Shown here: positions 15,652-25,353 of the stretch, one piece after another
Position numbering within the stretch: the stretch's first letter is position 1
Layout of the letters: each line of letters begins with the position of its first letter
Source of the DNA: a virus
Taxonomy: Duplodnaviria; Caudoviricetes
Virus record (IMG/VR): IMGVR_UViG_3300043436_000442
Location: 1 to 31,032 of that record
Reading direction: 5' to 3' (one strand)
DNA: 31,032 bases
Translations under genes and position numbers: made by a program
Notes under the pieces: generated by a model
Seen by the model: only the letters and a program-made list of their open reading frames with translations
The model's database searches: none
Told to the model about the DNA's origin: nothing

Positions 15652-16212
15652 CTATGAAGTAACGATTGTAGCAGTTCCGAAAACGTCTCCAGCACCACCT
15701 GCTAAGTCTGCCTCAGTTGTGCAGTCAAGTAAGTTAGCGTAGAGTTTCTCAGTACCTACGAAAGTAAGTGTGTAACCGTTCAAATCGCCCATTGCAGTAC
15801 CGTTAGATACGTTTGCAGTAGTGATTTCCATTCCGTGCTCTAAACCTGCAAGGAAGAATTGGTTGTTACGGTTTTTGATTACTACGTGAGGTCTTCCGTA
15901 TGCTAACAATTTCACGTTTTTGTGAGTTGTAGCATCTTGTTTTTTAAGGGTAACGGTAAGAGTTTGCTCAGCAAATGTAGTACCGTTCTCACGAGATGAG
16001 TTGTATACTTGGTCAAAAGAGTTAGTTCCTTTGAGTTCGTATTTGTATAAGTTAGTTACGTTGGCAACTGCTTCGATAGTGTCAGTACCAGTAACGTAAG
16101 TAACATCAGTTGGGTAAGCGTAGTCTCCGTAATTAATGAAGTAGATAGCGTCAATACCACCTACTGCGTCTTTACATACTTCTAAGCGACCATTAGCGAC
16201 TTCACAAGACAT
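15652..16212 (-). CDS. Major tail tube protein (putative)
   Basis: 186 aa, T/G-rich beta protein; follows the capsid gene with strong terminators on both sides. Confidence 0.65.
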   Translation of the reverse strand: MSCEVANGRLEVCKDAVGGIDAIYFINYGDYAYPTDVTYVTGTDTIEAVANVTNLYKYELKGTNSFDQVYNSSRENGTTFAEQTLTVTLKKQDATTHKNVKLLAYGRPHVVIKNRNNQFFLAGLEHGMEITTANVSNGTAMGDLNGYTLTFVGTEKLYANLLDCTTEADLAGGAGDVFGTATIVTS

Positions 16213-16235
16213 ATTTTTAAGTTTTAAATGTTATT

Positions 16236-16268
16236 AAAAAGGGAGGGAAGTTTTTTACCGCCCTCCCC
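16236..16268 (-). terminator. Intrinsic terminator/attenuator after the capsid gene
   Basis: GGGAGGG...CCCTCCC-TTTTT. Confidence 0.75.
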
Positions 16269-16291
16269 GTTTAGTTTAAGTTAAGCTAAGA

Positions 16292-17242
16292 TTAGTTAGC
16301 AGAGTTTGTGATACCGTAAGTAACAACATCAGATGCAAAACCGTATTTAGCGTCAGCAGTAAAACGCATAATTACACGTACGTTTTGTGAACCATCTAAG
16401 TCACCCATATCCAAAACTTTAACTTCGTTCATATCGTTCAACAAACCTGTTGCGAAGTAAAGGTTAGATTTTTGAGCAAGCAATGCTGTGTTGTTAGCAA
16501 GACCGTTAGCCATAAATACACGAACACCGTCAAAGTAAACGTCACCTAAAGATTGGTTAGTTCCTTTGTTATCGTAACCGTTAGCACCTACACCTGAAGC
16601 AGCGAAGCCACCCAAAGCACGTACATAAGCACGATAGATGTTAGAAGAAACGTAAAGTGTAAGGTCTTCTTTTCCGTAAAGAGCAGCAGGGCAAGCATCG
16701 ATGATTTTACCAAGCTCTGTGATTACGTTAGCAGCAGTAACAGTTGTACCAGCAACCTCTTGTGCAGATGGCAAAGAAGCGTCAGTAGTCAACTGAGTCA
16801 TAATACCTGCGAACTGACCTGCAGTTGCGTTAACACCTTGCCAGATTGAAGTTTCCATACCTGCAGCAACTTTCTCAGCAGCGTGTGCGATTAAGAAGTC
16901 AGCGAAAGACTTAGGAAGAACGTCAAATGCAGAGTAACCCATTTGAATCGCATCCCAATCCGAACGGAAATCCGACTTACAAAGTTGTAAGTTAACTTGG
17001 AAAGACTCAGGTTGAAGAATTTTCTCTGTTAATGTGATTGTAGAAGTAGGGTCAAAGTCACAAGTAGCATTTTTGATGATGTCATCAGTAGCAACTCTTT
17101 TGATAACTTGCTTGTACTTCACGTTAGGCATAACAGTGATTCCGCCTTTGTCAAGTGTTGGTGCAGACAATAAAGCTGCAGCGATGTACTTACCTGCGAA
17201 TTCACCAGCGTAAGTAGTAGTAATTGAAGTGGTAGTAGCCAT
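16292..17242 (-). CDS. Major capsid protein
   Basis: 316 aa after protease and scaffold; strongly biased codons; terminator downstream. Confidence 0.8.
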   Translation of the reverse strand: MATTTSITTTYAGEFAGKYIAAALLSAPTLDKGGITVMPNVKYKQVIKRVATDDIIKNATCDFDPTSTITLTEKILQPESFQVNLQLCKSDFRSDWDAIQMGYSAFDVLPKSFADFLIAHAAEKVAAGMETSIWQGVNATAGQFAGIMTQLTTDASLPSAQEVAGTTVTAANVITELGKIIDACPAALYGKEDLTLYVSSNIYRAYVRALGGFAASGVGANGYDNKGTNQSLGDVYFDGVRVFMANGLANNTALLAQKSNLYFATGLLNDMNEVKVLDMGDLDGSQNVRVIMRFTADAKYGFASDVVTYGITNSAN

Positions 17243-17263
17243 TTCTTGTTTTGATTTTAGTTA

Positions 17264-17863
17264 TTAAATATTGTTAAATTTCTCAAAGATAGAATCCATT
17301 GTAGAGCGTTGACGGTTCTTAGCCACTTTGAACGCTTCTACTTTAGTTTCATTTTCAGGGTTGAATGAAATAGGTTTAGGCTCTTCGCTCAATTCAACTG
17401 GTGCGACTTCTTCTGCAACTTCAGTTTTTGATAAAGCGATTTGTGCTTTCAACTCTTCGTTTTCTTTTTTAAGAGCTTCGATTTCGCTAAAGAAAGATTC
17501 CTTAGTGATAGACTCTACGATTTTTTTAGCTTGCGGTGCAGCAGCTTCTGACATTTCTTCTTCAGCAGGCATTTCAGCTTCAGGAGCTTCTACTTCTACT
17601 TCAACTTCTGGCTCAGATGCTTCACGAACATCAGCGATAACACCCTCTTCAACTACAACCAAGATGCGACCATCTTCGAGTTCGTAATCTCCAATAGGAA
17701 GTGCGATACGTTGTTCGTCTTCAGTTAAGATGAATACTGGTTGACCAGCTTCAAATACTTCTGCTTCGAGCATAGATACGCCATCAGAAAGACGCATAGT
17801 TTCCAACTTCACTTCTAAACCTAAAAGTGTGCGGACTTTGTTTAAGATTGTTTTCTCGTTCAT
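17264..17863 (-). CDS. Capsid scaffolding protein
   Basis: Very acidic with a coiled coil; directly upstream of the capsid gene. Confidence 0.7.
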   Translation of the reverse strand: MNEKTILNKVRTLLGLEVKLETMRLSDGVSMLEAEVFEAGQPVFILTEDEQRIALPIGDYELEDGRILVVVEEGVIADVREASEPEVEVEVEAPEAEMPAEEEMSEAAAPQAKKIVESITKESFFSEIEALKKENEELKAQIALSKTEVAEEVAPVELSEEPKPISFNPENETKVEAFKVAKNRQRSTMDSIFEKFNNI

Positions 17864-17873
17864 TATTACTTAT

Positions 17874-18257
17874 TTATACTGTAAAGTTTTTTCTATCAGC
17901 TTTAACGATATTTGTAAAGTCTTTAGCAATTTTAGGTGCATTTTTTGCTAAATCAGGAACTGGCAAACCAAGTTTAGATGCTTCCATAACCAATCTATCT
18001 GAACTCGCAGTAGCCATTTTGATTTGGAACTCAATTTGATTTAAGTGTTCTTTAAAAGCATTTTGAGCTTTTTTTACTTCTAATTTCTTGTCTTCAATAT
18101 TTTTCTTAAACTGGTCTGATTTAATGTTTAGGTTTCTCATTTCAGTTAATGAATTTGAAACATCCTCATATATCGTAGCCAATTCCACTTTATGTGAAGC
18201 AAGCTCAGTTGTTTCCTCTTTAAACAACTTATTGTAAACTGATTTCATTGTGTTCAT
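17874..18257 (-). CDS. Coiled-coil protein in the head module (possible internal virion protein)
   Basis: 127 aa; N-terminal TTELASHKVELA; own candidate late promoter. Confidence 0.6.
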   Translation of the reverse strand: MNTMKSVYNKLFKEETTELASHKVELATIYEDVSNSLTEMRNLNIKSDQFKKNIEDKKLEVKKAQNAFKEHLNQIEFQIKMATASSDRLVMEASKLGLPVPDLAKNAPKIAKDFTNIVKADRKNFTV

Positions 18258-18263
18258 ATATGT

Positions 18264-18289
18264 ATAACTTTTAGATTTTACGCTTGTTG
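18264..18289 (-). promoter_or_regulatory. Candidate late promoter (AAAATACAACA-N16-GTTAT)
   Basis: Near-identical to the 19385-19415 element. Confidence 0.6.
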
Positions 18290-18294
18290 TATTT

Positions 18295-18498
18295 TTATCC
18301 GTTTTGACGCACGATAGTTCTCACTCCGTTGTTCTCAGTATTAGTTACTACTTGAGTAGCTGATTCAGTAGCTCCGATGCCTTGTGCTTCTAAACTTCCG
18401 TCACAACATTTAGTTGAGTACTTTCCGTCTGAACATAGGCAGCCTCTCCTTGAACCTGGTCTTGGACTTGCTTTACTTGGTGTTTTGAATAATCCCAT
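18295..18498 (-). CDS. Small cysteine-rich protein
   Basis: GCLC...KCCDGSLEAQGIG. Confidence 0.7.
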   Translation of the reverse strand: MGLFKTPSKASPRPGSRRGCLCSDGKYSTKCCDGSLEAQGIGATESATQVVTNTENNGVRTIVRQNG

Positions 18499-18499
18499 T

Positions 18500-19378
18500 T
18501 TATTTGTTTTTAAGTTGTTCTAATTTACGTTGTGCCCATTCGATGCCCTCATCGCCACCCCAGCTGAGCCACATCAATCTTCCACATCCATCGCCTAACT
18601 CCTTTTGAGAGTTCTCACGATGTCTTTCAAATGATGCCATTCTTGAGATTGTATCTTCGGAGATTGCCTCTTTGTTAGCGAGTTGGTTTGCACGTTGCTT
18701 ACCTACTGCAGTACCACAATCTCCCCATCCGTTTTCTTCTGCCCATCGTAAAGCTATTTTAGCGTTCTCTGATGCTGCTTCAGGATAGTCCGTGTATGAT
18801 TCGAGTTTGAGTAGGTTCTTAAGTTGTTCGATGATTGAATGCTTCTCTTGTTCCTCACGTGGAGAATTGTCTAACTTATCAGCGAAGTAACCCTCAATAG
18901 AGAATCCTTTTACCTTGCCATCTTTAACGTCTTGCCAAACCTCATCGTTATCTACTTTCATAGAAATCATCCAAGTTCCTTTCGGTAGGCTGAATCCGTA
19001 GAGCTTGCTTTTGTCGTGTGTTTCGTCTTCGATTAGCCAGCTTTCTACTACGCTCATTCCTTTGATAGCGTCTTTGTGTTCGTAGGTAGCGTTGTTTTGG
19101 TTGCCTTTCTTAAAGAATAACTCCATAGCTTTACGCACGGTGTCTTCAGAAAAGTAGATGTAAAACTCTTCGTCTTTGTTTCTGCGGTAAATCTTCTTAT
19201 TAGGGATAAGAGCAGCTCCCATTAAGATACGTTTCTCGGTGTCTACTTCTTTAAGTTCAACTTCGTGTTTTGCTAAGGCGATGAAGTTCTCCTCAATCGC
19301 AGGAGATTCAACTACAGAGACTGCGTTGATTCCGCTTTGGAAGTCTTTTTCGTCAATGATTAACTCTAATACATTCAT
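18500..19378 (-). CDS. Prohead protease (XkdF-like serine protease) with an extra C-terminal domain
   Basis: EH, VESW, PKGTW, VKDGKVKGFSIEG motifs; ~100-aa extension with WLSWGGDEG. Confidence 0.8.
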   Translation of the reverse strand: MNVLELIIDEKDFQSGINAVSVVESPAIEENFIALAKHEVELKEVDTEKRILMGAALIPNKKIYRRNKDEEFYIYFSEDTVRKAMELFFKKGNQNNATYEHKDAIKGMSVVESWLIEDETHDKSKLYGFSLPKGTWMISMKVDNDEVWQDVKDGKVKGFSIEGYFADKLDNSPREEQEKHSIIEQLKNLLKLESYTDYPEAASENAKIALRWAEENGWGDCGTAVGKQRANQLANKEAISEDTISRMASFERHRENSQKELGDGCGRLMWLSWGGDEGIEWAQRKLEQLKNK

Positions 19379-19384
19379 AACTTA

Positions 19385-19409
19385 ATAACTTTTAGTATTT
19401 ACAATGTTG
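19385..19409 (-). promoter_or_regulatory. Candidate late promoter (AAAATGCAACA-N15-GTTAT)
   Basis: Upstream of the protease start; shared motif. Confidence 0.6.
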
Positions 19410-21237
19410 CATTTTGTACTCGGTTTCTATCTAAACTCTGAGCGGATGTAACTTCTCCACTAACCACATACGCTTGTACTGGCGTTTGTTGAAGTTGTGC
19501 TAACTGATTAATACCTGAGTTACCTACTACGTTGAACGATGGAGCTTGCATACCGCCACCCGTAGATGTGTTTGGCATATTTACTGGCGGGTCAACTCCA
19601 TTAGGAGTTTTAACTGATGCGATAGACTTGATATTTTTAATACCTGCTGCAATTGCTAAACCCGCATTGATTGGTGCAAGAACAGGCCCTACAAATGGAA
19701 TACCAATAGTGGCGGTGTATGCCTTTTGAGCTGAAAGGAAAGTGTCTATGGTTGCTTGTGCAATAGCTGCTGCCTTTCCTGCTGCGGTTTGCTCTCCGAA
19801 TAAATCAGCAATCTGACCAAATGTACCTGATAGAGCAGTCAAAGCGTCTTCTCGTGCTTTCTTCTTTTTTTCTTCAAGTTCAATTACTGCGTCTGCCTCT
19901 TCTTTAGCTATCTTTCTTTGCTCTAAGGAAGCATCCATAGAAATCTGAAGTTCCTTACGCTTTTGCTCTTGCATTGAAGCGAGGATGTTCTTACCTGATT
20001 GAGTACGTATGTACTCCATCTCTTCAACTTCTTTCTTGGCTTCCTCTTGAACTTTCTTTCCGCTATCCTTAACTACCGTTTCCGCAGGTTTGTTCATCTC
20101 CTTTAATGAGAGTTGGAATCCTGCCGCTTGGTTTTTAAGTTCTCCGAGTTTGGCTTTTGTTTCGTTTATAGTTTTGTCTGCTTCGTCTGCGGTAGCTTTA
20201 GGGTCAAAGAAATACTCTGCCATTGATTGAGCAGCACCTGAAGTCAACTTAGTAATCTCTGAATTTATATTAAAAGCAGTAATCTTACCGAATCCTAATA
20301 CCTCAGAAACTTTGTTTGCAGCCATTATAGCTAAGTCAATAGGAGCAGCTAAGTATCTAAGTACTAAAGCAGCCATTTCCAAACCTACTCGAAGCACTAT
20401 CTTTAAGTAATCTTGGTTTCGTTTTGTAGCAGCGACCTCAGCTTTCTTTGTGTTTTCTTGTTGGACTAACTGAGCTTCAGTAGCCTTAATGACCATTTGA
20501 ATTTGCTTGAGCTTAAGTTCAGTGATGTCCTTTTCTGATTTACCTTGAAGCCTTAAGATGTTTTCTTGACCAGAGATTGAATCAAATTTCTTTTGCTGAA
20601 TGTTTACGTTAGCTTGTGCCTTAGCGTTTAGCTTTTCTTGTTCGTCTGATACTCCACTAACTGCACCTTTAATATCATCCCAATACGCAGCAACCGTTCC
20701 TAAAGCAACAACAAGCAATCCAATACCACTTGCACCTATAGCACCTTTCAAAGCCACACCAAAGGCCTTGATTGATGGAATAGCTTCTCTAAATCCTTGA
20801 ACACCCTCAGCGATAGCCATAGCGGATTGAACCTTAAGTAAGGCTTCCTCTACTTGAGCGGATTCCGTACCGAAAGCACCCATAGCACCTTGAACAAGTT
20901 GGAAACCTGCAGTAGCACCACCTAACGCACCTCCGAGTTTTTGGCTCATCGTGGTAGCAGCAGCATCAACTGCCATATCCGTCTGAATCTGAACTTTTCG
21001 GTAATTACCTACTGTAGTTAAGAGGTCTTGATATTCTTGAGATGCAGTTTGACCAGCGTTAGCTAATTCATACAAGCGGTCTTCCGCTTCGCCCATACGA
21101 GTTGTAAGCGGTTGTAAATCTCCGTATACTTCTTCGAAACTTGCTGATACATCGTGAGTGGCTTTGGAGAGATTCTCCATCGCATCTACTGCACCTTTTG
21201 TGTCTACGTCTATCTTGATTGTTTTAACCTCTGCCAT
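19399..21237 (-). CDS. Tail tape measure protein
   Basis: 612 aa, Ala/Gly-rich helical with hydrophobic segments and coiled coils. Confidence 0.85.
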   Translation of the reverse strand: MAEVKTIKIDVDTKGAVDAMENLSKATHDVSASFEEVYGDLQPLTTRMGEAEDRLYELANAGQTASQEYQDLLTTVGNYRKVQIQTDMAVDAAATTMSQKLGGALGGATAGFQLVQGAMGAFGTESAQVEEALLKVQSAMAIAEGVQGFREAIPSIKAFGVALKGAIGASGIGLLVVALGTVAAYWDDIKGAVSGVSDEQEKLNAKAQANVNIQQKKFDSISGQENILRLQGKSEKDITELKLKQIQMVIKATEAQLVQQENTKKAEVAATKRNQDYLKIVLRVGLEMAALVLRYLAAPIDLAIMAANKVSEVLGFGKITAFNINSEITKLTSGAAQSMAEYFFDPKATADEADKTINETKAKLGELKNQAAGFQLSLKEMNKPAETVVKDSGKKVQEEAKKEVEEMEYIRTQSGKNILASMQEQKRKELQISMDASLEQRKIAKEEADAVIELEEKKKKAREDALTALSGTFGQIADLFGEQTAAGKAAAIAQATIDTFLSAQKAYTATIGIPFVGPVLAPINAGLAIAAGIKNIKSIASVKTPNGVDPPVNMPNTSTGGGMQAPSFNVVGNSGINQLAQLQQTPVQAYVVSGEVTSAQSLDRNRVQNATL

Positions 21238-21385
21238 TTCGTTTATTTGTTAAGTCTCGTTTTCCTTGTTTCCACATTTTTTTCATAGACGTTGTGTACT
21301 GGTATTTTCCTTTTGCGATGTCAATCAACTTGGATTCTCCGTAGAAATCGTCAAGTTGAAGCATAGCTACTATCTGTTTTATCAT
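21224..21385 (-). CDS. Hypothetical 53-aa protein (not in ORF track)
   Basis: MIKQIVAMLQLDDFYGESKLIDIAKGKYQYTTSMKKMWKQGKRDLTNKRNGRG; ATGA-coupled; fills the gap before the TMP. Confidence 0.7.
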   Translation of the reverse strand: MIKQIVAMLQLDDFYGESKLIDIAKGKYQYTTSMKKMWKQGKRDLTNKRNGRG

Positions 21386-23799
21386 ACTACTACGATGTTT
21401 ATTGTTTCACTTGTTCTTATTCCCGTTGTGCTTGTGTATGCTACTTCAACTGAAAAGACATCTCCAGCAGTAGCAGGTGGTGTAGTAACTTCTACTATTT
21501 GGCTATTCGTTAACGTGTACGCACTCAATGTAACGTCTGAACTTGATGGCGTCAATACTGCTGAACCTCCTCCGTTTGGTAAGTTTATGGCAGTTGCAAC
21601 TGAGCCACCTGATGCAGGTGTTTGATAGAACGGTATTTTGTTAATCATAGGTCTGAAGTCAAGATACAAAGACAAGTCCACCTCTCCGTTTGTTAGGTTT
21701 GATTTCATATCGTTAATGATATAACGCTTGTCTCTTATCATTACACGGTCATTCAATCTTAGGTTCGTCAGTAACCCTACTGGCATTATAGTCTTGACGT
21801 TAATTAGTCTTTGCTTTAGATTGTAAAGGTTGTATAGATATGAAAAGTAGTACTGAGCAAAGAGTGTGTTTTGTATTGGAACAAGTAAAAGGCTACTCGT
21901 ATCTGCTGCAAAGTTTAGAGTTAAATCCGTGTTGTTGTAGCGTAAGTCTTGAGCAAGCGGAGTATAAGACGTGATTGTAGTGTGACCACCTCCATCGTTT
22001 GCGAATTTAAAGTCAGTTGTTTGATTCGTATATTGATAGAGCAATACGGGTTTTGGTAGGTATGGACTTAATTCACTATTTAAGGAATAACCTAACTGAA
22101 TTTGCGTTCCACTACTATTGTACTCAGTTTGCAATAAATTCTCGAAAGGAAGCTCAACCGTGAACTCCCCGCCATCGTAGTTGTACTGATATGTTGAATC
22201 TCCGTAACTTCTGTTGAATGTTTGCGAGAAGTATTTGTTTAATACGCTTTCAGAATCTTGATACTTGAAAGTTATCTTTTTGTAGAGTGGCATACGAGAA
22301 ACCTCAATGCTCTCAGCATCCGTAAATTCTGTGATGTCAACAATAGCTCCTTGTCCGTACCAATCGTCTATTGGCGTAATTTGATACACGTTTTTCTCTG
22401 TGCCTACACAAACTAAGTTGAACACCTTTAAGATACCTGCAAAGAAATCTGCAATCTTCATTTGAGGTGCATTAGCTGATAAGTCAAGAATCAACAACAT
22501 ACTCAAATCATCGTAAGTAATTGTCAAATAATCAACATTGAGAGTACCCGTTGTGATATACTCTACTTCGTAAACGAGATTAGATGTAATTGTGTTGGTT
22601 CCCGTTGTACGTATTTTAACTGTATAAGTTTGGTATAATCCTGCTACCTGATTGACGGTGCTTAACGTATAAGTACCCGTACCACTTCCAGTTATAGTGT
22701 TGAATAAATATCCGTTTTGATACACGTCAATATAGTAATCGTCTGAACTTGTTGTGGCAGTTACATTGTAAATTAAGTTATGTGTAAGAACACCATTTAA
22801 TTCTTGAATTGTTACTTGATTGGTAGCCGAATCATAACTTGAAGTCAAATCGTAATTCACAAAAGTTGGTGTGACCGTATCTGCAACTAAATCATATCCA
22901 TAGGAAGTACGTACCAAAGTGTTCTTTCCTTTATACCATAAGAACAACTTAGTGAATCTCTCATCATTTAGGAAAGTGCTATCAAATGTAATTCCGTACC
23001 GTGTTTCTATAGCTTCAAATATCTTGCTCACTCTTACAGCAGGAAACAACTCACTTTTGTTTATAGCACCTGAAGTAGAGTGAATGTCATTTTGAGTTAA
23101 AGTTGATGTTAGCCAGTTAGGTACTGGAGCTCCTAAAGGTACTGACTGATACTGCCAAATTCTATTTGAAGTAATTAAAGGGTACTTGACATCATATAAG
23201 TTGGTTGCATTCGTGATTCTCGCAATTACTTCAGATGAAACGAAGTTGTGAGAAATTGCAGTTAAATCTAAATCAGAAAGTAAGTCTTCGCCAAAGTAAT
23301 CTTTTAAAGTACGACCATCTCCGTAGAATGTTACAGAGTAGCTTTCAGGTCTTCCGTTTTTTAGGTTGGCTTTCTCTACTTGTAGCTTGCCTCGTCTAAA
23401 GAACGTGAAGTCAATCTCAATGAATGAATCTAAACGAATGTTGTAATCAATCAAAGCATTGACATCCGACTGATAGAAGTGTTGTAAGATTCCGTTGTTA
23501 TGGTCGTTAGCAGGAATTGTAAACGACTGCGAAAAGTCCGTAAACGTCTTTGAGATGTCTTGTACGTTTTGAACGGTGCTTGTTACTTGTATTTGTTCGT
23601 CATTGAATAGCTCAAGTCTTTCAGCGGTTGATAAATTGCCATAGAGACCTCCGAGAGATTCAAGATAGTCAAGCATACATTGACCACTTTCACAAGTTCC
23701 TCCGTTTGCAGTTACGTTAGTAAAGAAAGTGTTGACTACTGATGTAGTTATATTCTGGTAGCTTGTCGTGCTGACATATAGTTGTACTTGTCTATCCAT
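21382..23799 (-). CDS. Large tail tip/baseplate hub protein
   Basis: 805 aa, beta-rich, in the tail cluster. Confidence 0.65.
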   Translation of the reverse strand: MDRQVQLYVSTTSYQNITTSVVNTFFTNVTANGGTCESGQCMLDYLESLGGLYGNLSTAERLELFNDEQIQVTSTVQNVQDISKTFTDFSQSFTIPANDHNNGILQHFYQSDVNALIDYNIRLDSFIEIDFTFFRRGKLQVEKANLKNGRPESYSVTFYGDGRTLKDYFGEDLLSDLDLTAISHNFVSSEVIARITNATNLYDVKYPLITSNRIWQYQSVPLGAPVPNWLTSTLTQNDIHSTSGAINKSELFPAVRVSKIFEAIETRYGITFDSTFLNDERFTKLFLWYKGKNTLVRTSYGYDLVADTVTPTFVNYDLTSSYDSATNQVTIQELNGVLTHNLIYNVTATTSSDDYYIDVYQNGYLFNTITGSGTGTYTLSTVNQVAGLYQTYTVKIRTTGTNTITSNLVYEVEYITTGTLNVDYLTITYDDLSMLLILDLSANAPQMKIADFFAGILKVFNLVCVGTEKNVYQITPIDDWYGQGAIVDITEFTDAESIEVSRMPLYKKITFKYQDSESVLNKYFSQTFNRSYGDSTYQYNYDGGEFTVELPFENLLQTEYNSSGTQIQLGYSLNSELSPYLPKPVLLYQYTNQTTDFKFANDGGGHTTITSYTPLAQDLRYNNTDLTLNFAADTSSLLLVPIQNTLFAQYYFSYLYNLYNLKQRLINVKTIMPVGLLTNLRLNDRVMIRDKRYIINDMKSNLTNGEVDLSLYLDFRPMINKIPFYQTPASGGSVATAINLPNGGGSAVLTPSSSDVTLSAYTLTNSQIVEVTTPPATAGDVFSVEVAYTSTTGIRTSETINIVVV

Positions 23800-24842
23800 T
23801 ACATTACTGAGTTGATAGTATCAAATGCGTATTCAAATTCTAATTGGTAGTTAATCATATGAGTGTTTATGCTCTTGAATAACTCAGTAGATTTCGTGTT
23901 TATCTTGGCTGCTTTCTTGTTGATTAGAACTTTCTCGCTTAGTAGAATTTGCTTAATCGTCTCTGAGTAGCTTTGCTCAACCCAGTCAGTGTTCACTCGG
24001 ATAGTTTGCTTTCCGTTTGAATTGAAGACTTTACGTTGACCCTCAGTCACTAAATAGTTAGGGTACTGAGACGGCAAAGTATTGTACTCTTTGTTCTCTA
24101 CATTGAAGTTATCATAAGATGCCTTAAAGAACCACTCACGTTGCCAAGCTCCAAACTTGTTAACGAAGTCAATTTGTACAGGGTCGTATTTACACTCCTC
24201 CTTAGGATAGAAATAAGCAGTCCATAAAACTGCGTTAGACGCATCTAAAAACTCTACTTTGTTTCCTACAGTTTCCCAACCTGAGTAAACACGTGTAACG
24301 TCACGGATTACATCAGTAGCAAGTGTTATCGTTTGAGTTGCTGCAGTTGAAAGGTTCGTGTATTTAACCTTTTCTGCATAAGCGGTGTTTACTGTAATCC
24401 ACCCAACTTCCGCTCCATAAGCATAGTAGTAGTCTCCTTGAGGTAGTAGTATTTCAGACAAGGTAGGATTGTATCCTTGCTCAAAGTATCCGTAACCCTC
24501 AAAACCATAGTAAGTTTCCGTAGAACCTACCTGAGTGAAAGTATTAGTCACTCGCTTGTATTTCTTTACTTGTACATTACACCACTGAACACTTGGTGTT
24601 GCAGCATTACTTGTAGGCTGAGTCTGTAGTGAGTTGTGTTCAATAAACTCACGAACGTACGGAGATAAATCGTAGTAAGTAGCAGGTGCGTTAGTAGCAG
24701 GAATCAATTTACTTAGAATGTACTGAGGTGCAGTAGGTGCAGAGCCAGTTCCGTTCCATAGTCTTAATTCAATCTTTGTTTCTACTTGCCCCGTTTCGTT
24801 TATTTCTATGATGTAAGGACTTCTTGCAAATATGTTAGCCAT
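23799..24842 (-). CDS. Tail structural protein (distal-tail-like)
   Basis: 347 aa; FVNKFGAWQ motif; TAATG-coupled to the hub gene. Confidence 0.55.
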   Translation of the reverse strand: MANIFARSPYIIEINETGQVETKIELRLWNGTGSAPTAPQYILSKLIPATNAPATYYDLSPYVREFIEHNSLQTQPTSNAATPSVQWCNVQVKKYKRVTNTFTQVGSTETYYGFEGYGYFEQGYNPTLSEILLPQGDYYYAYGAEVGWITVNTAYAEKVKYTNLSTAATQTITLATDVIRDVTRVYSGWETVGNKVEFLDASNAVLWTAYFYPKEECKYDPVQIDFVNKFGAWQREWFFKASYDNFNVENKEYNTLPSQYPNYLVTEGQRKVFNSNGKQTIRVNTDWVEQSYSETIKQILLSEKVLINKKAAKINTKSTELFKSINTHMINYQLEFEYAFDTINSVM

Positions 24843-25353
24843 TTTTTCTTAATATTTCGTCTATTTGTTCGTTGAATAACTCTATCGCATCCAAACCGTA
24901 CTTATCTATTAACTCTTGAGGTAGGTTTTTGTATGCTGCCTCAAAGGGTTTCGTAAAGAATAAACTTGGTTTGATTCCGTTTCTATATACGCTTCTTGCA
25001 ATCAGGAAAGCCAAGCTCTTACGAGAAGTGAACTTGCCATTGTCTCGTGGTGCAATACCTTTTTTTACCAACCACTTGTCGAACGCCTTAGGTGGAGGCA
25101 TCTTAGATTTATATGAGTAGGGAGTATTGTACTTCTTTTTTGTACCTGAAACACCAGCATCTTGGAAAACTCCGTAGTCTTCCATTGTAAATTCTACTTC
25201 AAAGCTATTAGGGTTCGCCTTTACCTTGCCTTGAATCGAGTTATATAGCTTCTTAGACGAGTTCTTTTGCTTGTTTGTAAGGTTACGCTTAGAGATGCTC
25301 ACAACGTGGTCTCTAAACCTCTCTAAAGCCTTTTGAACTTCGCTCTTTTCCAT
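24835..25353 (-). CDS. Tail completion/neck protein (putative)
   Basis: Basic 172 aa; LYNSI, YGVFQDAG, GIKPSLFF; start re-called to ATG 25353. Confidence 0.55.
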   Translation of the reverse strand: MEKSEVQKALERFRDHVVSISKRNLTNKQKNSSKKLYNSIQGKVKANPNSFEVEFTMEDYGVFQDAGVSGTKKKYNTPYSYKSKMPPPKAFDKWLVKKGIAPRDNGKFTSRKSLAFLIARSVYRNGIKPSLFFTKPFEAAYKNLPQELIDKYGLDAIELFNEQIDEILRKNG

